NCBI GenBank assembly: GCA_964247055.1
Contig: OZ176050.1
Coordinates: forward strand, 12,338,001 to 12,402,000
DNA: 64,000 nt
DNA from: Paragordius varius
Lineage: Eukaryota; Animalia; Nematomorpha
Direction: 5' to 3'
Positions 38,901 to 51,334 of this stretch are shown piece after piece. Under the pieces are notes generated by a model that was not told where the DNA came from, did not search any database, and saw only the letters and a program-made list of their open reading frames with translations. Made by a program: the position numbers and the translations under genes. The first letter of the stretch is position 1. Each line of letters opens with the position of its first letter.

Positions 38901-41900
38901 CGCGATTCAATTTAACCAAACGAATCCGTAATTATACGTGTGAAACTGGACACGTAAAGGTCCATGGTGCTTGTGGTATCATTTTTATCTATTTAATTAT
39001 TTATAAATGTTATAAAAACATGGAAAAAAATTATGTTTTAGCAAAATTATAAGCTTTAACCTATAAATTTGTTGTTTTTTTTTCAATTTTCTTGGTCTTG
39101 AATATCATGGGCCTGCTGAATAAAAACAAGCACCTACTGGGTAGTAGGTGTTTGATAGTATGTACCAGTTTTTGAAAAAACATTGAATAAAAATAGGTAC
39201 TTACTATCATGTACGTACTTAAGTCTTTGGTATGTGTAAAATGTTTATTTTCATTTTGTTTTTTGTTAGTTTTCGATTTCATTCATAAAATGCGTTTAAA
39301 AATCTATAAAGAAAATTAGAAAGTGATTATCTCCCCATATTTTTATATAATGCATTTATTAATACACATTTATTCATAAATACACAAATAATAAATCAAA
39401 ATAATGTTTGAACAATTGAATCTCGTGTCATTTTGCCAGCCTTAAGTATTTGGGTTAGATCAATATTTGCTTCACAATCCTCCACATATTCAATATCAAA
39501 ATATGAATTACTATCAAAATCTGTTAAGGGTTCGTTAATATATTTGGATACATTATGTAATATGGAACATGTTAATATAAGTTTTGGGATTCGTTCTAGA
39601 CTTAAACGAATTTCGTTACTAGGTATGGGAAATCGGGTCTTCATCTGACCGAAAACCCGCGCTCGATAATTCTTTTTTCAAAACAATGTAATTTATTGAA
39701 TTTTTTCTCGTTATCGATCATCGTATTTTTGAAGGGGGTTAGGAGCCAGGATGATAGAATAATGGATATCCATTATGACCTAACAAACAAATTTCATTTT
39801 TTTGCACATATATGACTGCACAATCGTGTTTCGCCATATCCTTGTATCATGTACAGATCCTAGCCATTGTGCATCCACGGATGTAATTTCTTCATTGGCA
39901 TTACATGCAAATTGTACATTGAGGGTGCATCGACCCTTTCTATTTAATATAGGCCTCAACATTTTGTTTAGGTCTTAATATTTCAAAGTATGAACAATCA
40001 ATGCAACCAATAGCAGTTGGCATTCTATATTTGGATAGCCATAATTTATTCGCCATATTAAGCTCTTCAAATGACTTGGGAATTTTTACCAAATGAGATT
40101 TTGATACTATTTCGTCCAACTTTAGGTATTTTTTTTGCCTATTGTAAAACTATGAACATTAAAATATCCCGGATCTCCAAGAAATCTTAACACAAAATCT
40201 AAATTTCTGATATTATAAATACCTCCATTTGCATCCTGGGAGTTAGTTTCCTTAAAGATATATTTAATTTTTAACCAAAATATGAAAAGGTCATTTTATC
40301 TTAGTCATAACTCGAATTTGAATAAATCTCTGGTTTTTTATATAGAAAATAGCTTCATTCAAAAATATTCACACAAATATATAAAATTTAAATGTTTAAA
40401 AAATAAAATTAAGGTCATTATAAAGTATATAAACTCAAATATTTTACACACTAATGAAATAATTGAGGAAAATGATATGATTGTGGATATTCTTGAAAAA
40501 AAACCAATATTTTTTAACAAAAGTAATAATCTCTGCAAATTGAACTCACAAAGCTTAAAATAAAGAAGGAAAAAAATTATTATTAATAATAAAACAAATA
40601 ATATTTAATTAATATATTAATAAGTTATATATATATATGAATGATGTAATAAAAAAACATTTATCTTAGAAATTTTATAAAAATATAACCGATATTATTT
40701 TAAGTGAAAAAATAATTGTTTAAAATGTTGCCATTTACCAGCTTAAAAAAAACCAGTAAGTACTAGGTAAAATTTGTAAAAAGACAATTTTTATTCAATG
40801 ATATTTGTCAGTAAATACTGGTAAACATAGTACGTACTGGATAGTAAAAGCAATATATTTTTTTATTCAATACATAGCTAGTATATACTGGAAAAAACCT
40901 AGTTTTTAGTATATACTAGCTTTTATTCAGCAGGCCCCATATATTATAAATATATTCCGGTTATAATTTACGAAGTATTTGAAGCCTTTTACCTATGAAT
41001 TTGTTGTTTTTTTCAATTTTCTCGGTCTTAAATATCATACATTATAAATATATTTAGGTTATGTTTTACGAAATATTTGTGGTTTTTATAGCATGAAATA
41101 ATTTTTATCATTTCCCCGTAATATATGGGATGTGGTTAGTTTGAATTAAATAAATATATACGTAATATTTTATTTTGTTTGTTAAAACAAACTATAGCTA
41201 GTTGTCCGGATGGAACGTATAAATCTGCCCGTGAAAACAAATGCATAATTTGTCCCTCGGGTTATTACCAAGATAGCTATGGACAAACGCACTGTAAAAA
41301 GTGTCATTTTCACATTAATCGACATGGAAAGGCATCACCTATCGGATCAAAACATTGTAATGGTTTATTATGGGCTGGGTATCAGGGTAGGTTATTTTGT
41401 TAAATACTAAAAAAAACCCTAACTAGATATTCAATTTTTGGAGCTTTTTTGTGTTGAAATTTATACATTTTTTGCAACTTATTAGGTATAGTTACATGGA
41501 AAGATGAAGTATTGATCTTCTTAGCTGTAATCATTTGTATAGCTTTCGGAGTCGTAATGTACAATAAATGGAGAAGCTACAATAAAGGGTATTTTACGCA
41601 ATTATTTCCCTTGGTTTTTAGCTTATTCATTTATGTTTAAATGTTCATTTGAATTTTTTTGGAATTCGTCAATTGTATATAATCACCAAAACCGAAAACA
41701 TATTATCGTAATAAAGGTGCAAATAATATAATGCCATATGCCCTAACAAATTTTATATACACCTCTGAGCTAAGATATTAATTATATTTTGTTTATCCAA
41801 AATTATGCTCAAAATTCTGCGAATGGTATTTCTGCTTAGGCTTCAATTATCCGATTTTTTCTTATTTTTCACCAAAAACTATATAAATATGAAAATAGTC

Positions 41901-42672
41901 GGTTAAATGTTTTAAACCACTTTTCAATCTTATATTTCAATTTAAATCAAACTATAAATATTTCATAGCCACTTGTATAAAATTTGCCATATAGACCCTT
42001 ACATTTTTTAAACGAATGAATTTTATTAGAAAATAATATATTTAGGTAAGGACCTCTCTCTCATTAATCAAAAGTATAAATATTTTAAGTATTATCGGCT
42101 TTCCTTAACAAAAATTTTCCATTCACCGTTTTGCTTTCATAATTTTTAGCTTACCGTTGATTGCTAAAATCCCATTACCCACACGGTTTTTGCAAAGATC
42201 TTTCCTCCATACTGCTAATGGTAATAATCAACCACATAAAACTCAAAATCATTCCATGGCATTTAATAATAATCCGCCCAATAATGATATGGAAAATATT
42301 GATAAAACAAATTTTAACACAGTTGATTTAACACAACCAACCTATCCCGACGTAGGTCAATACAATGGTATCCTAGGAGATAATTTACCTATTATGGTAT
42401 CAAGCAGTACGTCGAATTCAAATGGAGAAAATAAATCCGTAATCAAATCATATGCCAAAAAGTTGAATATTGGCGGTAAAAAGGGAGGTAAGACACATCA
42501 AAAGCCTTATTTACACACCGAATTCAGCAATGACAATTTTGAACAACAACAGAATGAACAAAATAACTCCAAAACAGCTGCTGGTATATTAGAAATTCCA
42601 GAACATTTGGCCACTGATCATAATTTAAGTACAAAAGCATCTTTTAATTACCAAAAATTTGGAAATTTATAA
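13919..42672 (+). CDS. LRP-like YWTD/EGF + sushi + ephrin-receptor-like single-pass membrane receptor, ~2605 aa, 28 exons
   Basis: Inferred exons: 13919-14024, 15102-15446, 16503-16674, 19660-19787, 20318-20746, 20969-21226, 21640-22006, 22290-22486, 22799-22970, 23145-23275, 23520-24371, 29660-30253, 30536-30701, 31012-31148, 32545-32733, 32972-33115, 33228-33394, 33578-34025, 34197-34374, 34647-34831, 35210-35431, 36123-36326, 37003-37191, 37750-37953, 38157-38975, 41198-41386, 41486-41588, 42150-42672. All GT-AG with matching phases, 7818 nt total. Signal peptide MFSKNSF...VSFAHS; YWTD-type motifs (YMFWSN, LYWGD, LYYTD, VIWTD, LYWSE, LYWID, LYWSD); EGF-type Cys clusters; CCP modules (e.g. 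C..DGTWSGQPLVC); CPDGTY..CPSGYYQDSYGQTHCKKC; TM VLIFLAVIICIAFGVVMY. Confidence 0.85.
16954..19486. mobile_element. Decayed hAT (ZMYM1/DUF4371-type) material as two head-to-head copies in receptor intron 3
   Basis: TIR-like ends CAGTGGTGGAACTA and TAGTTTGGCCATTG; motifs WIKVLERLVNITLALSK and DKCRGQGYDG on + (18097-18550), mirrored on - (17340-17900). Confidence 0.7.
19972..20270. mobile_element. hAT-type MITE
   Basis: CAAGGGTGCTC ... CTAGGCACCCCTG ends; 8-bp flanks actttaac and tcttaaac match at 6/8. Confidence 0.6.
22005..22276. mobile_element. MITE family A inserted in a coding exon, apparently spliced as an intron (22007-22289)
   Basis: TA|CAGTAATAATTTAAAGTAACCAGACAAAACG ... TATTTCGTTTTTACTG|TA; removing the element plus one TA restores a continuous reading frame. 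Confidence 0.85.
25951..26893 (-). pseudogene. Tc1/IS630 DDE transposase pseudogene (left arm, near full length)
   Basis: HTH region MSRSTIYKYRRR...RGRKPK; catalytic motifs YMDETG, LDNAPIH and LPPYSPQLNPIE; at least three frameshifts. Confidence 0.9.
27496..28251 (+). pseudogene. Tc1/IS630 DDE transposase pseudogene (right arm, 5'-truncated)
   Basis: YMDETG, LDNAPIH and LPPYSPQ motifs; one in-frame TGA, a 5-bp deletion in PQLNP, and an A-run frameshift. Confidence 0.88.
34373..34642. mobile_element. Older MITE family A copy making up almost all of receptor intron 19 (34375-34646)
   Basis: TA|CAGTGATACTTTAAATTA (14/18 to the family end); internal aaaagacaaa, catacttttt and ggttgtcttt motifs; right end TATAATTTTAATTTTGATTG (about 16/20 to family); length 270 bp. 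Confidence 0.65.
35582..35866. mobile_element. MITE family B
   Basis: TA|CCATTTACAGTTCAAATTC ... AAATGG|TA with ~20-bp subterminal repeats (ttcaaattcaccct); followed by an (AT)n run. Confidence 0.8.
39051..41075. repeat. ~98-bp tandem duplication; the first unit is split by the Harbinger element
   Basis: Unit 1 = 39051-39108 + 40938-40980; unit 2 = 40982-41075 (cctatRaatttgttgtttttttcaattttctYggtcttRaatatcat...). Confidence 0.8.
39109..40937 (-). mobile_element. PIF/Harbinger transposon (decayed) in receptor intron 25
   Basis: TIRs GGGCCTGCTGAATAAAA and TTTTATTCAGCAGGCCC; 3-bp CAT duplication; HARBI1-like fragments on - (IGCIDC, NRKG..TLNVQFAC, WLGSVHDTRIW, VFGQMKTRF, CSILHN); possible Myb/SANT-like remnant on + near 40440-40563. 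Confidence 0.9.
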
Positions 42673-43376
42673 TTTATATATGTAAAATATGAAGGTCAGT
42701 GCATCTTCTAATATATGAAAATTTAGAAAATATATTAATTTTTTATGATTATATAAATTGCTCAATGAATCTCATCAGCCATATTCCATAATTCATAATT
42801 TTTATATACTTTTATATTTTTTTGTCATACATAATAAATTTTTTGTATATATATATATATATTGTTTTCTTTTAATATGGGCTAATTAAATATCAATAAT
42901 GTTTTTACAGCTGCATCTTTTTAACCATCCTGATTATGCATTTTAGATTAATTTATTCTGCCTAGGGACATGTCCTGTTGGTAAAAATTCATAAACTCTA
43001 ATCAACTAACGACAAATATCGTATTGGCGTCTTTGGGTTTAAGTTAGCCAAAATGTTTCTCTTGCCTGAAGCTGTTCGGTTCTAAAAATAAATTTATTTA
43101 ACATATTTTTAGGATTAGCAATAAATTTTGAAGTAAAAATAACCTTTATACGGAAGCAATAAACTGCAAGCCGCCGCTGAATTATTGTACATATATTATA
43201 AAACCCAAACTGTCACTCAATTTTTTTGTATTTAAATAGCTCTTAAACATGTAAATGTTACTTAGATGTGACAAATCATTCAAAAATTACATATGAATTA
43301 TCTTACCCACTTTAGTATATGTATATTTTATAACGGGCACTCCTGTTATTTTTTCATATCTAATAAGATGTCTAGA

Positions 43377-45332
43377 CAGTGGCGTACCGAGGGGGGCAAG
43401 GGGGTGTATCATGCCCCGGGCGCCGTTATTTAGGGGCGTTTAAATGATTTTTTTTAAATTATGCAAAAATAATAACAACTTTCAAGTAAGATTTTTCAGC
43501 AACTAAGGTAATCCCTAAAATAATATAAAAATTATCTAAATGAAATCAAGATCAAACATTATGCAAAAAACAACTTTCATTATTCCCTTCAACATGTGTA
43601 AACTTATTTTTTCGCTTAAAAAACATTTCTTTGATTATTTTATTGCCTTTAATTAAATGTTCAAAACCTTATCTCTTATTTAGTTTATAATTGCATTTTT
43701 ATTTTATACATATTCAATTTCAAAACCTAATTTATTTATTTAACAAATCATTCTATCTCTAACAGGGTAAGTTTATATAATTAATATAGCCTTGTATTTT
43801 TTATAATTACTTTTCATCAGATATCAACGCCTAAACTCAGCGGTTATGCTAATAGGAAACGAAAAATCCATGAAGAGAATGAACAAATAAAATGCGAATG
43901 AGGATGGAATCTTATTCAACGAAAATATCTGACCCTAACATTGAAAAAGGGTATGCGACACAAACATAACGGCACCCCTTAATAATAACTTTGATACACC
44001 TGAAACCCTAGTTGTTGATCCAATATATAGAGATGAGAAAACTATAAATATACCATTTGTAATTCCAAGCGCTATATCTATAGAGTTAAAGGATGTCGCC
44101 TTTTTCTAATAATAATGTTCCTCCCGTAATATCTGATCAGCTTCGCACAGAAATGATTATTCGTGGACCTCAAGTATATCAAAATAAATGCCATCTTTTT
44201 GAAACAAAAAATCATCGTTCAATGCCCCAATCTTGGTTTTCTCGACGTGTCGGTAAAAAAAAGATTTAAAGTTGATCGGTCTTGGTGAAAGAACAGACTG
44301 CGTATTGTTATTGTTGCCTACCTTTTGATCAAACGTATTACATTCAATATTGGCCAGCATAAAATTTCTAATCAACCAAAATCTCTCCCCCCCTCCCCTT
44401 CGAGGACATGTTGCAAGTTTAATTATATAGATGACTCTGCACCGAATCCTGGAATCTTTCTTTACTAAAACTTGTAGCTCGGTTTGACCCAATAATGGGA
44501 GTACACATGATAAACATTAAATCTCCTAACACTTTGTCCTATGTTTCATCCTAAATCCAAAACAAGTTAATTGCTTCAAGAGTTAAAGTGAAATTGATTG
44601 ATGACATAAAAAACTAACTATTATGGACAGCGCACCGAGAACAAATTTCTCAAGTTGCCAGGTAGGTGTTATTGATCATGAGAAAAGGAAAGTTGTCATG
44701 AAGGAATCCTTTTTGGGTTTTTTTAAGTTATTCAACAAAGATTCAATGCAAATTGAAAATGTAATTTTAGAAAATTTAAATATGGATAATATTCAGTTAC
44801 ATTGTAGATCTCAATGCTAGGATAATGCAGCTGTGAGAATTCTGGAAAAAATAAAAGAGCAATATTTGTCAATTGTGACAATCATTCCTTGAATTTAGTA
44901 GGAGTCACGGTAGCAAAACAAGATATTATTGTTGTGACCTGTTTCGGAATTGAAAATATACATTTTTTATTCAACTATTAGATGGGACCTATCAAAAATA
45001 AACTAAAAAAACTGTTAAGGGTGAGTCTAAAACCCGATGGAGTGCTAGGATTCAAGCAGTTAATGCATACTTCATATTCTAGTGAAACAAGAAGTGAGGC
45101 ATCCATTTTACTGAGTGTTTTAAATTTCAATTTTTTAACATTAATTTTTTTCTGGCATCAAATACCTATAAGATTGATAGGGTTCTACATGCAAGATTCT
45201 AAAATTAATTTTAATATAGCATTTAAGGACGTTTGTATTTTTTTACAAAAATGTTTTATTGGTTTTTAAAAAGAGGAGGGGTGTCGTAAGAATTTTATGC
45301 CAGGGTCGCCGCAAATGCTCGGTACGCCACAG
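43377..45332 (+). mobile_element. Internally deleted, decayed hAT (ZMYM1/DUF4371-type) transposon
   Basis: TIRs CAGTGGCGTACCGAG and CTCGGTACGCCACAG; 8-bp flanks TGTCTAGA and CGTCAAGA (6/8); remnants PPVISDQLRTEMIIRGPQ, CRSQC*DNAAV, HSLNLVG and TRWSARIQAV. Confidence 0.85.
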
Positions 45333-46179
45333 CGTCAAGATGTGTTTCTAATCGCTTATCATGCATTGAGCTTATATTTATTAAAACTAGAAACATGTTT
45401 GAATTTTTAGAATATTTAGAGAATTTTATGTCGTATTTAGTTTTTATTTTTGACACTATAGCATATATGAATTCTATCGTAAATTAGAGTGCAATTATTA
45501 AGTTGATATCTTTCTTGAGGATAACCCATATGTGGTTTATAATATTATCTAATATAAAAACATAAAATTATTTATTAACCCAATATTTGCACAAAATTTT
45601 GAAATAAATATGGATGGATGAATGAATGATATATCATGAGTGATTTTATATCATATCAATTTCGAAATAAAAATATAATTAATTATTTAAAAAAATTGGT
45701 TTTTATTTAGTGTTATTTAAAAAAATATATTTTTTGCATAACTAGCCGTTTTTTCTGAGATTCCTAACAATGGTTATTAAAATTATATAAATATGTGAAG
45801 TCAAATATTCAAAGATAAAAGATTATTGGTTAAGGTAACAAGAATGAAAAGTGTCGAAAATTTGAATAATTCTTATGCGTTATGAACAAAGATCATTGCA
45901 CTATTAAAAAAATATATAATATACAGTGTGCACATTTGTGTTGGCCAATTCACCTTATTTTTGGCTAATTGGCAAAACAGTATTGTATGGATAAAAACAA
46001 CTAAATGTTAAAATTTAACAATTTATTCTATCTTACAAGATATATCATTGGTTTATATAATTATGAATGCAATTTGTTTTACAGCACACGCTACTGTATT
46101 ACCAATGGGTCAACAATAAAGTGAACAGACCAGCATAAATGAGCACACTATATGTATATAATGAATCGGTTTTCACAAA

Positions 46180-47918
46180 TTAATTAGTCATTTTGCCAAA
46201 ATATGCTAAAACAAAATTAAACACAGTAAAAAGGAAAACATGAGTTGGAGATATTTGTGGTATAAAAGCAGAACTAGAAGAACCAGAACCGTTAACGGCT
46301 GAAGTCACCATTGAATTGCTAGAGTTTGCACTGTTATCATTGGAAGACATTGATCCATCTTTACTGTTTTCCATATCCATATTGGAATTGTTAACCATTG
46401 TTTTGGACATATCAATCCCTCCCATAGTATCATTCGATGTTCCAATATATCTGCACACATGAAAACAGACATTATACAGTAAAAATTAAAATTGTACAAA
46501 CAAAAACGTAAAAACTAAAAGAATATTTTTCACACCATGATGGTTTTAAATACAACCTATAGTTTTGAATTGGAAACTAGGAAATAGAAATGATTGGCAA
46601 AATACTCTACTATACATTTCACAATTTGATTATATATGGTTTATGATGAATATATTATGATTTAGAAATTGTCTTTTTTTTCAAAAACATATGTCTTTTT
46701 ATTTTTACGTTTTGTCTGTATATTTTCAACTTTTACAGTAAGTATTTGTTTAAAAAGAGGATACGAAAGTTACATATGGGTTTACTAATCTAAAAAAGAC
46801 TCTAGTTTTTATTTTAATCCTACCTGACAGAAACATTAGCATTGCAGGCATCTGAGGTGCAAAGACAAATCTCAGAAATGTAATTTGGAACAATCTGTTT
46901 CCTTATGCAAGCAAACGTTATGTTATGCATTGACATATCGCCATCCTGATCCATCATACTGTTATCCGATGTGTTGTGGGCTTTTGTCATATTCATTTCA
47001 CTCATGAGGTGAGCCATATACCCAGGAACTATAACTAAAATGCATTAAAAATATGAATTTTACCCATGAAATTAGCGACACATATAAAATCCTACCTTCC
47101 TTGCTAGATAATTTAAAAGGGCATTAAATTTAGTGGTTAAATAAGAGACAAAACTATGGACCTAAAATTTAAGGTATAAATAAGATATTTAGATAGTTTA
47201 AGACATACCAATTCCGTTCAATTAATATTCGTTTAAATTATATATTTGATGAAAAAATTCTGTTTATAAACCCGTTAAATATAATCAATATCTTCCAAAC
47301 TTTATAAATTTTAAAGGTGAAAAATACCGGGTTGCATGGGTCCAGTACCATTCTGTTGTAGCGTGTACCAATTCATAGCGGTATTATTAACTTGCATCGT
47401 CTGAATATCATTAAGGTTTGCGCAATCACGCATATACCTATTAATAAAAAATAATTTTTAAGCATTTTAAAAGTTTTAATTTTAAACATCATGTTTACAA
47501 CCACTTTTAAATGTTGAATGGCTTGGATAATAAAAATTATTATCATACTATGTATTATATGATATTCCGTTTCCTTGTACCACTTATTCAATTAAAATGT
47601 ATTAAATTTCTGTGAAATGAATTACACCATTTTTATTTAAATAACCCCAATTTTAGTAAAATGAAACACGACATACCGTATCTCCTTGAGTATGCCTTGT
47701 TGAGAGTAGATTCGCTGTATTGTTTTCTTGCACATTTGCGCACCTGAACAAGCCTTCATAAACTTTTGATCCATGGCCGAAGTTCGATTCGGCATATATC
47801 GATCATCACATTCGGGATCATTCACGCTTGAACAAACGTAACAGTTTAAACTGTTGGCTTGTTTTATCATAGTGAGATGCATTGCCAAAAACATGAATAG
47901 TAACAGTGTCATTTTCAT
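46180..47918 (-). CDS. Ly6/uPAR three-finger protein (quiver/sleepless-like), predicted GPI-anchored, 275 aa, 4 exons
   Basis: Exons 47918-47677, 47437-47328, 47028-46824, 46450-46180 (828 nt). Signal peptide MKMTLLLFMFLAMHLTMIKQANS; LNCYVC..C..C..C..RDC..C..CLCTSDACN (10 Cys); Ser-rich omega region and hydrophobic C-terminus. Confidence 0.88.
46477..46738. mobile_element. MITE family A in Ly6 intron 3
   Basis: TA|CAGTAAAAATTAAAATTGTAC...CAAAAACG and TTTTGTCTGTATATTTTCAACTTTTACAG|TA. Confidence 0.8.
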
Positions 47919-49403
47919 ATTAAAACGCAATAAAATTGGACTTGATTTTGCGTTTACCACCGTCCTTTTAGATGATATGGTACCCATATACTGCAGTATA
48001 CTAAATAATTGTGATACTTTAAACTTTACAGGATATAATTAGTAAAATGATGAGACAGCAAAGTAGGTGCGTAAAGTATATATTGAATATTTATGATTTA
48101 GAAATTACGTAAGTATATAGCACACACAAATAATTATATAATTTTAGGCCAAACAAACGCCTTAAAAATCATAACAATAACAAAAACCACTGCCTAAGGT
48201 TTTTCAAAATTTATACTAAAGTTTTTAACAAGGACTTTTTTATAACGATTAACTAAGTTAACAACATGTTTCTCAATAGCTACACAGGTTTTGATTGAGA
48301 GTATTACTGCCAAAAACTAACTTTGTTTTTTTGTTTTTCAATTATTATTAAAAGTTATCCTAATTTTTTTCCACAAGCAAGTTTGAAAGGTTTGACATTG
48401 AAAGGCTTTTAACCACAATTTTTACCTGTGACTATTATTTGAATTTTTTTCAGATTCTGTACACTCCGTTGACCATGTTTATCATTGATTTAGGAAATAT
48501 AGGTAAAAATTATCCTCCCGAAAACTGTAATAAGCATCTTTCGTTGTTAGCCATTTTAAATAAACAAACATTCGAGATTCTTATTATTCTAGGATTAAAT
48601 TTTTACAATACATTTTGTTTGAATATTTACGAAATTTTTATAAAATATTTTTATTTTTTTAGGTGACACCTATTTTTATTATGATAATGTATTAGGCGCG
48701 CGTAACAACACCTCTGTTAATCCGTCCTTCTTAGTTTGGCACAAAATATATAGGACAGGTAAGATATTTCAAGGTCATATCGATTTATTATAAACAAAAT
48801 AAATATTAATTTTGTGTTGAATAGACTGAAAATTTAAAATAAAATATAATGCTCGAAAAATCCTATATTTGATAAATATAATTAGTTTTGGGAATTGTTA
48901 CGATTTTTTTATATATATTAGAGTAAAATATTAAAAGTTCAGGTCATATCTAAATCTGCATAATTTTAGATGAAAGTTTTTATGTTAAACATTATACTAA
49001 GGCATTTAAGAATAAATTGTTTTAGGACAATATAGTTTGAATAACGACCAAATCTCTTGTTACAAAAGGGAAAGATTGTTTTCTAATTTGGATACTGTAA
49101 TAAACTACTATAAAAATAAGCCTATAAAATGTATACAAATAATTGGGTTTTTGAACATCATAAGGCCAGATTTCAATAATTTAGACTTTAATAACTCTTG
49201 CTTTGTGATTCCATAAGAAAGAGGTTAAACCACAATTAAAAAATAGAATCGTTAAAACTTAATTTAGATTTAATTTAGGTATATATATTATATTTATGCA
49301 TGCTGATTTTAGTCATTTTTTTGAATTAGCCCCGTGTCAGAGTCAATCTGTTTATGGTTTCAAATTACTGTGTCCCAAAATTTTAATGTTTCAATTGTTG
49401 GTG

Positions 49404-49443
<40 letters not shown>

Positions 49444-51334
49444 TAAATGAGATAATAAAGTGTTGAAAACCCTAAGTCCCAATTAAAGTAATTAGTAACA
49501 CTGGGAAGGACAATACTCGATAAAATACTACTAAATTAACCCAATTTAAATTAATAACATATGAAAACAATGATTATTTTTAATGATAATTTTTGAATAT
49601 GTGCATATCGAGTACTCATAGTAAAGTTGATTCTAAAGGATTTTATTTGCTTTGCAGGCAAGAACGAAGATTTAAAAAATATATTTCCATTCTCCTAATG
49701 ATTTGAATAAGAAAACGGATTAGACAGAAGAATGTTAAAAAAATTGGTAAATAAAACATCCAGGTATAAAAAAGCCTAATTTATAAGCAATTGTTCAAAA
49801 ATATTTTACACAATGAAAATAGCATATTTTTAATAAAGCTTAATATGGTACAAAAAACATCTTTCATGATTACCTCTCGCTAAATATATAACACCTCAAA
49901 CTTTATTACTTTGAATTTTATGTTTTTTCAACACTTGGATACAACATATTTATTTCAATCATTCGATTCGAATTGGGGTGTTTGGGACGGCATTGTTGTT
50001 CAAAATCAAATATTTCATAAAATATTGAATAAAACTATTGAAAAATTTTGTATATATATATAACATCAATGCACTACAAAATAAACTTGATATTACTTAT
50101 TTTATAATATCTGAAAATTTAGGCCAATATGACACGTGTACATTAGATAAATATGAAAATGATGCAAAATCACTTTTTTGTTTATATTAATTATAAAGAT
50201 ATTTTATAATGTTGTTGTTGTTACTAAGGTCGCTTCCGACTAATGATATTTGCAAAATTAAAAATGGCGCCAAAGTACTTTGATGTGGTGCTTTATTTTA
50301 AAACAAATTCTCTTTAGATATTATGCATATTTCTAAATTGGAGTCGTCCCTTTCGGTGATTATTTAAAAATATCCATTTAAATATGGTCTGGAGTCTCTA
50401 GCTACCCAATTTCAATTGAAGTAATAAATAAACATGGTATTTAAGTTAAACTTAAGACTAACGAGTTTAATTTAGGATGATAGATATCCTTCTGCAGCAT
50501 CGAGATATATAAATAGTTTTATAGTGTATAATAAAGTGTTCACCGTTTGCGCCATATTTTAAAGTATCATAAAATACGCTATATAAATATTTGGCTGAAT
50601 TTAAATTTTTTAGCGAATCATGCAATATTTTTATAATCTTATTTTATGTCATTATCTAGCATATTTTACAAGATACCTTTGCGCATCGTTTGGCTTTTTT
50701 ACAAAAACTAATCCATTTAGTAGGGTGCAAAATTTGATACTCTCGCCCACACCTAAAATTAAAATAAATTATATATATCCTTTCTATATATGATTATATT
50801 AATGTACAATTTAAATTAGATTTTACCAAAAATAATATTTGATTATATGGGTTAATTTAGGGATTTAAGAAATATCCCACAAAAGTAGAAACATATTTTC
50901 TAGATGCGTATGGCTTAAAACTAAAAGCAGCATAAATACTATAAGTACTTTATATCTACACATATCTCTATCCATGTAAATCATCAGTATATTTTTGTGT
51001 CTTCCAATATTAAAAAGTGTTAGGTTTTTGAAAAATGAAATAATTTTTCGTAATATTATGAGTTATTTAGAAAATAATTTAACTTATATGAATTATGATT
51101 TGGTAATTCACAGTCAGCGATTTTTTATTATAAATTTGGAAAATGATAACAAACAACCCATAAATATAATAATTATTTTTATTAGAGAGGAAAGTTTTTT
51201 AGGATAGTTATAAAACGGAATTCAACGTTTTAATTCCATCCAAATATATTTAAATTATAACAGCTGTACCGAACCCTTGGTGCCCAAACTTTCTAGAGAG
51301 TTGTGATTTTTGGCTATCTTGCACAATTTTTTAA

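Noticed and set aside
47919-47987. Upstream ATG extending the Ly6 ORF (MGTISSK...).
   Set aside because: It places 23 polar residues before a clean signal peptide; the ATG at 47918 (or 47912) fits better.
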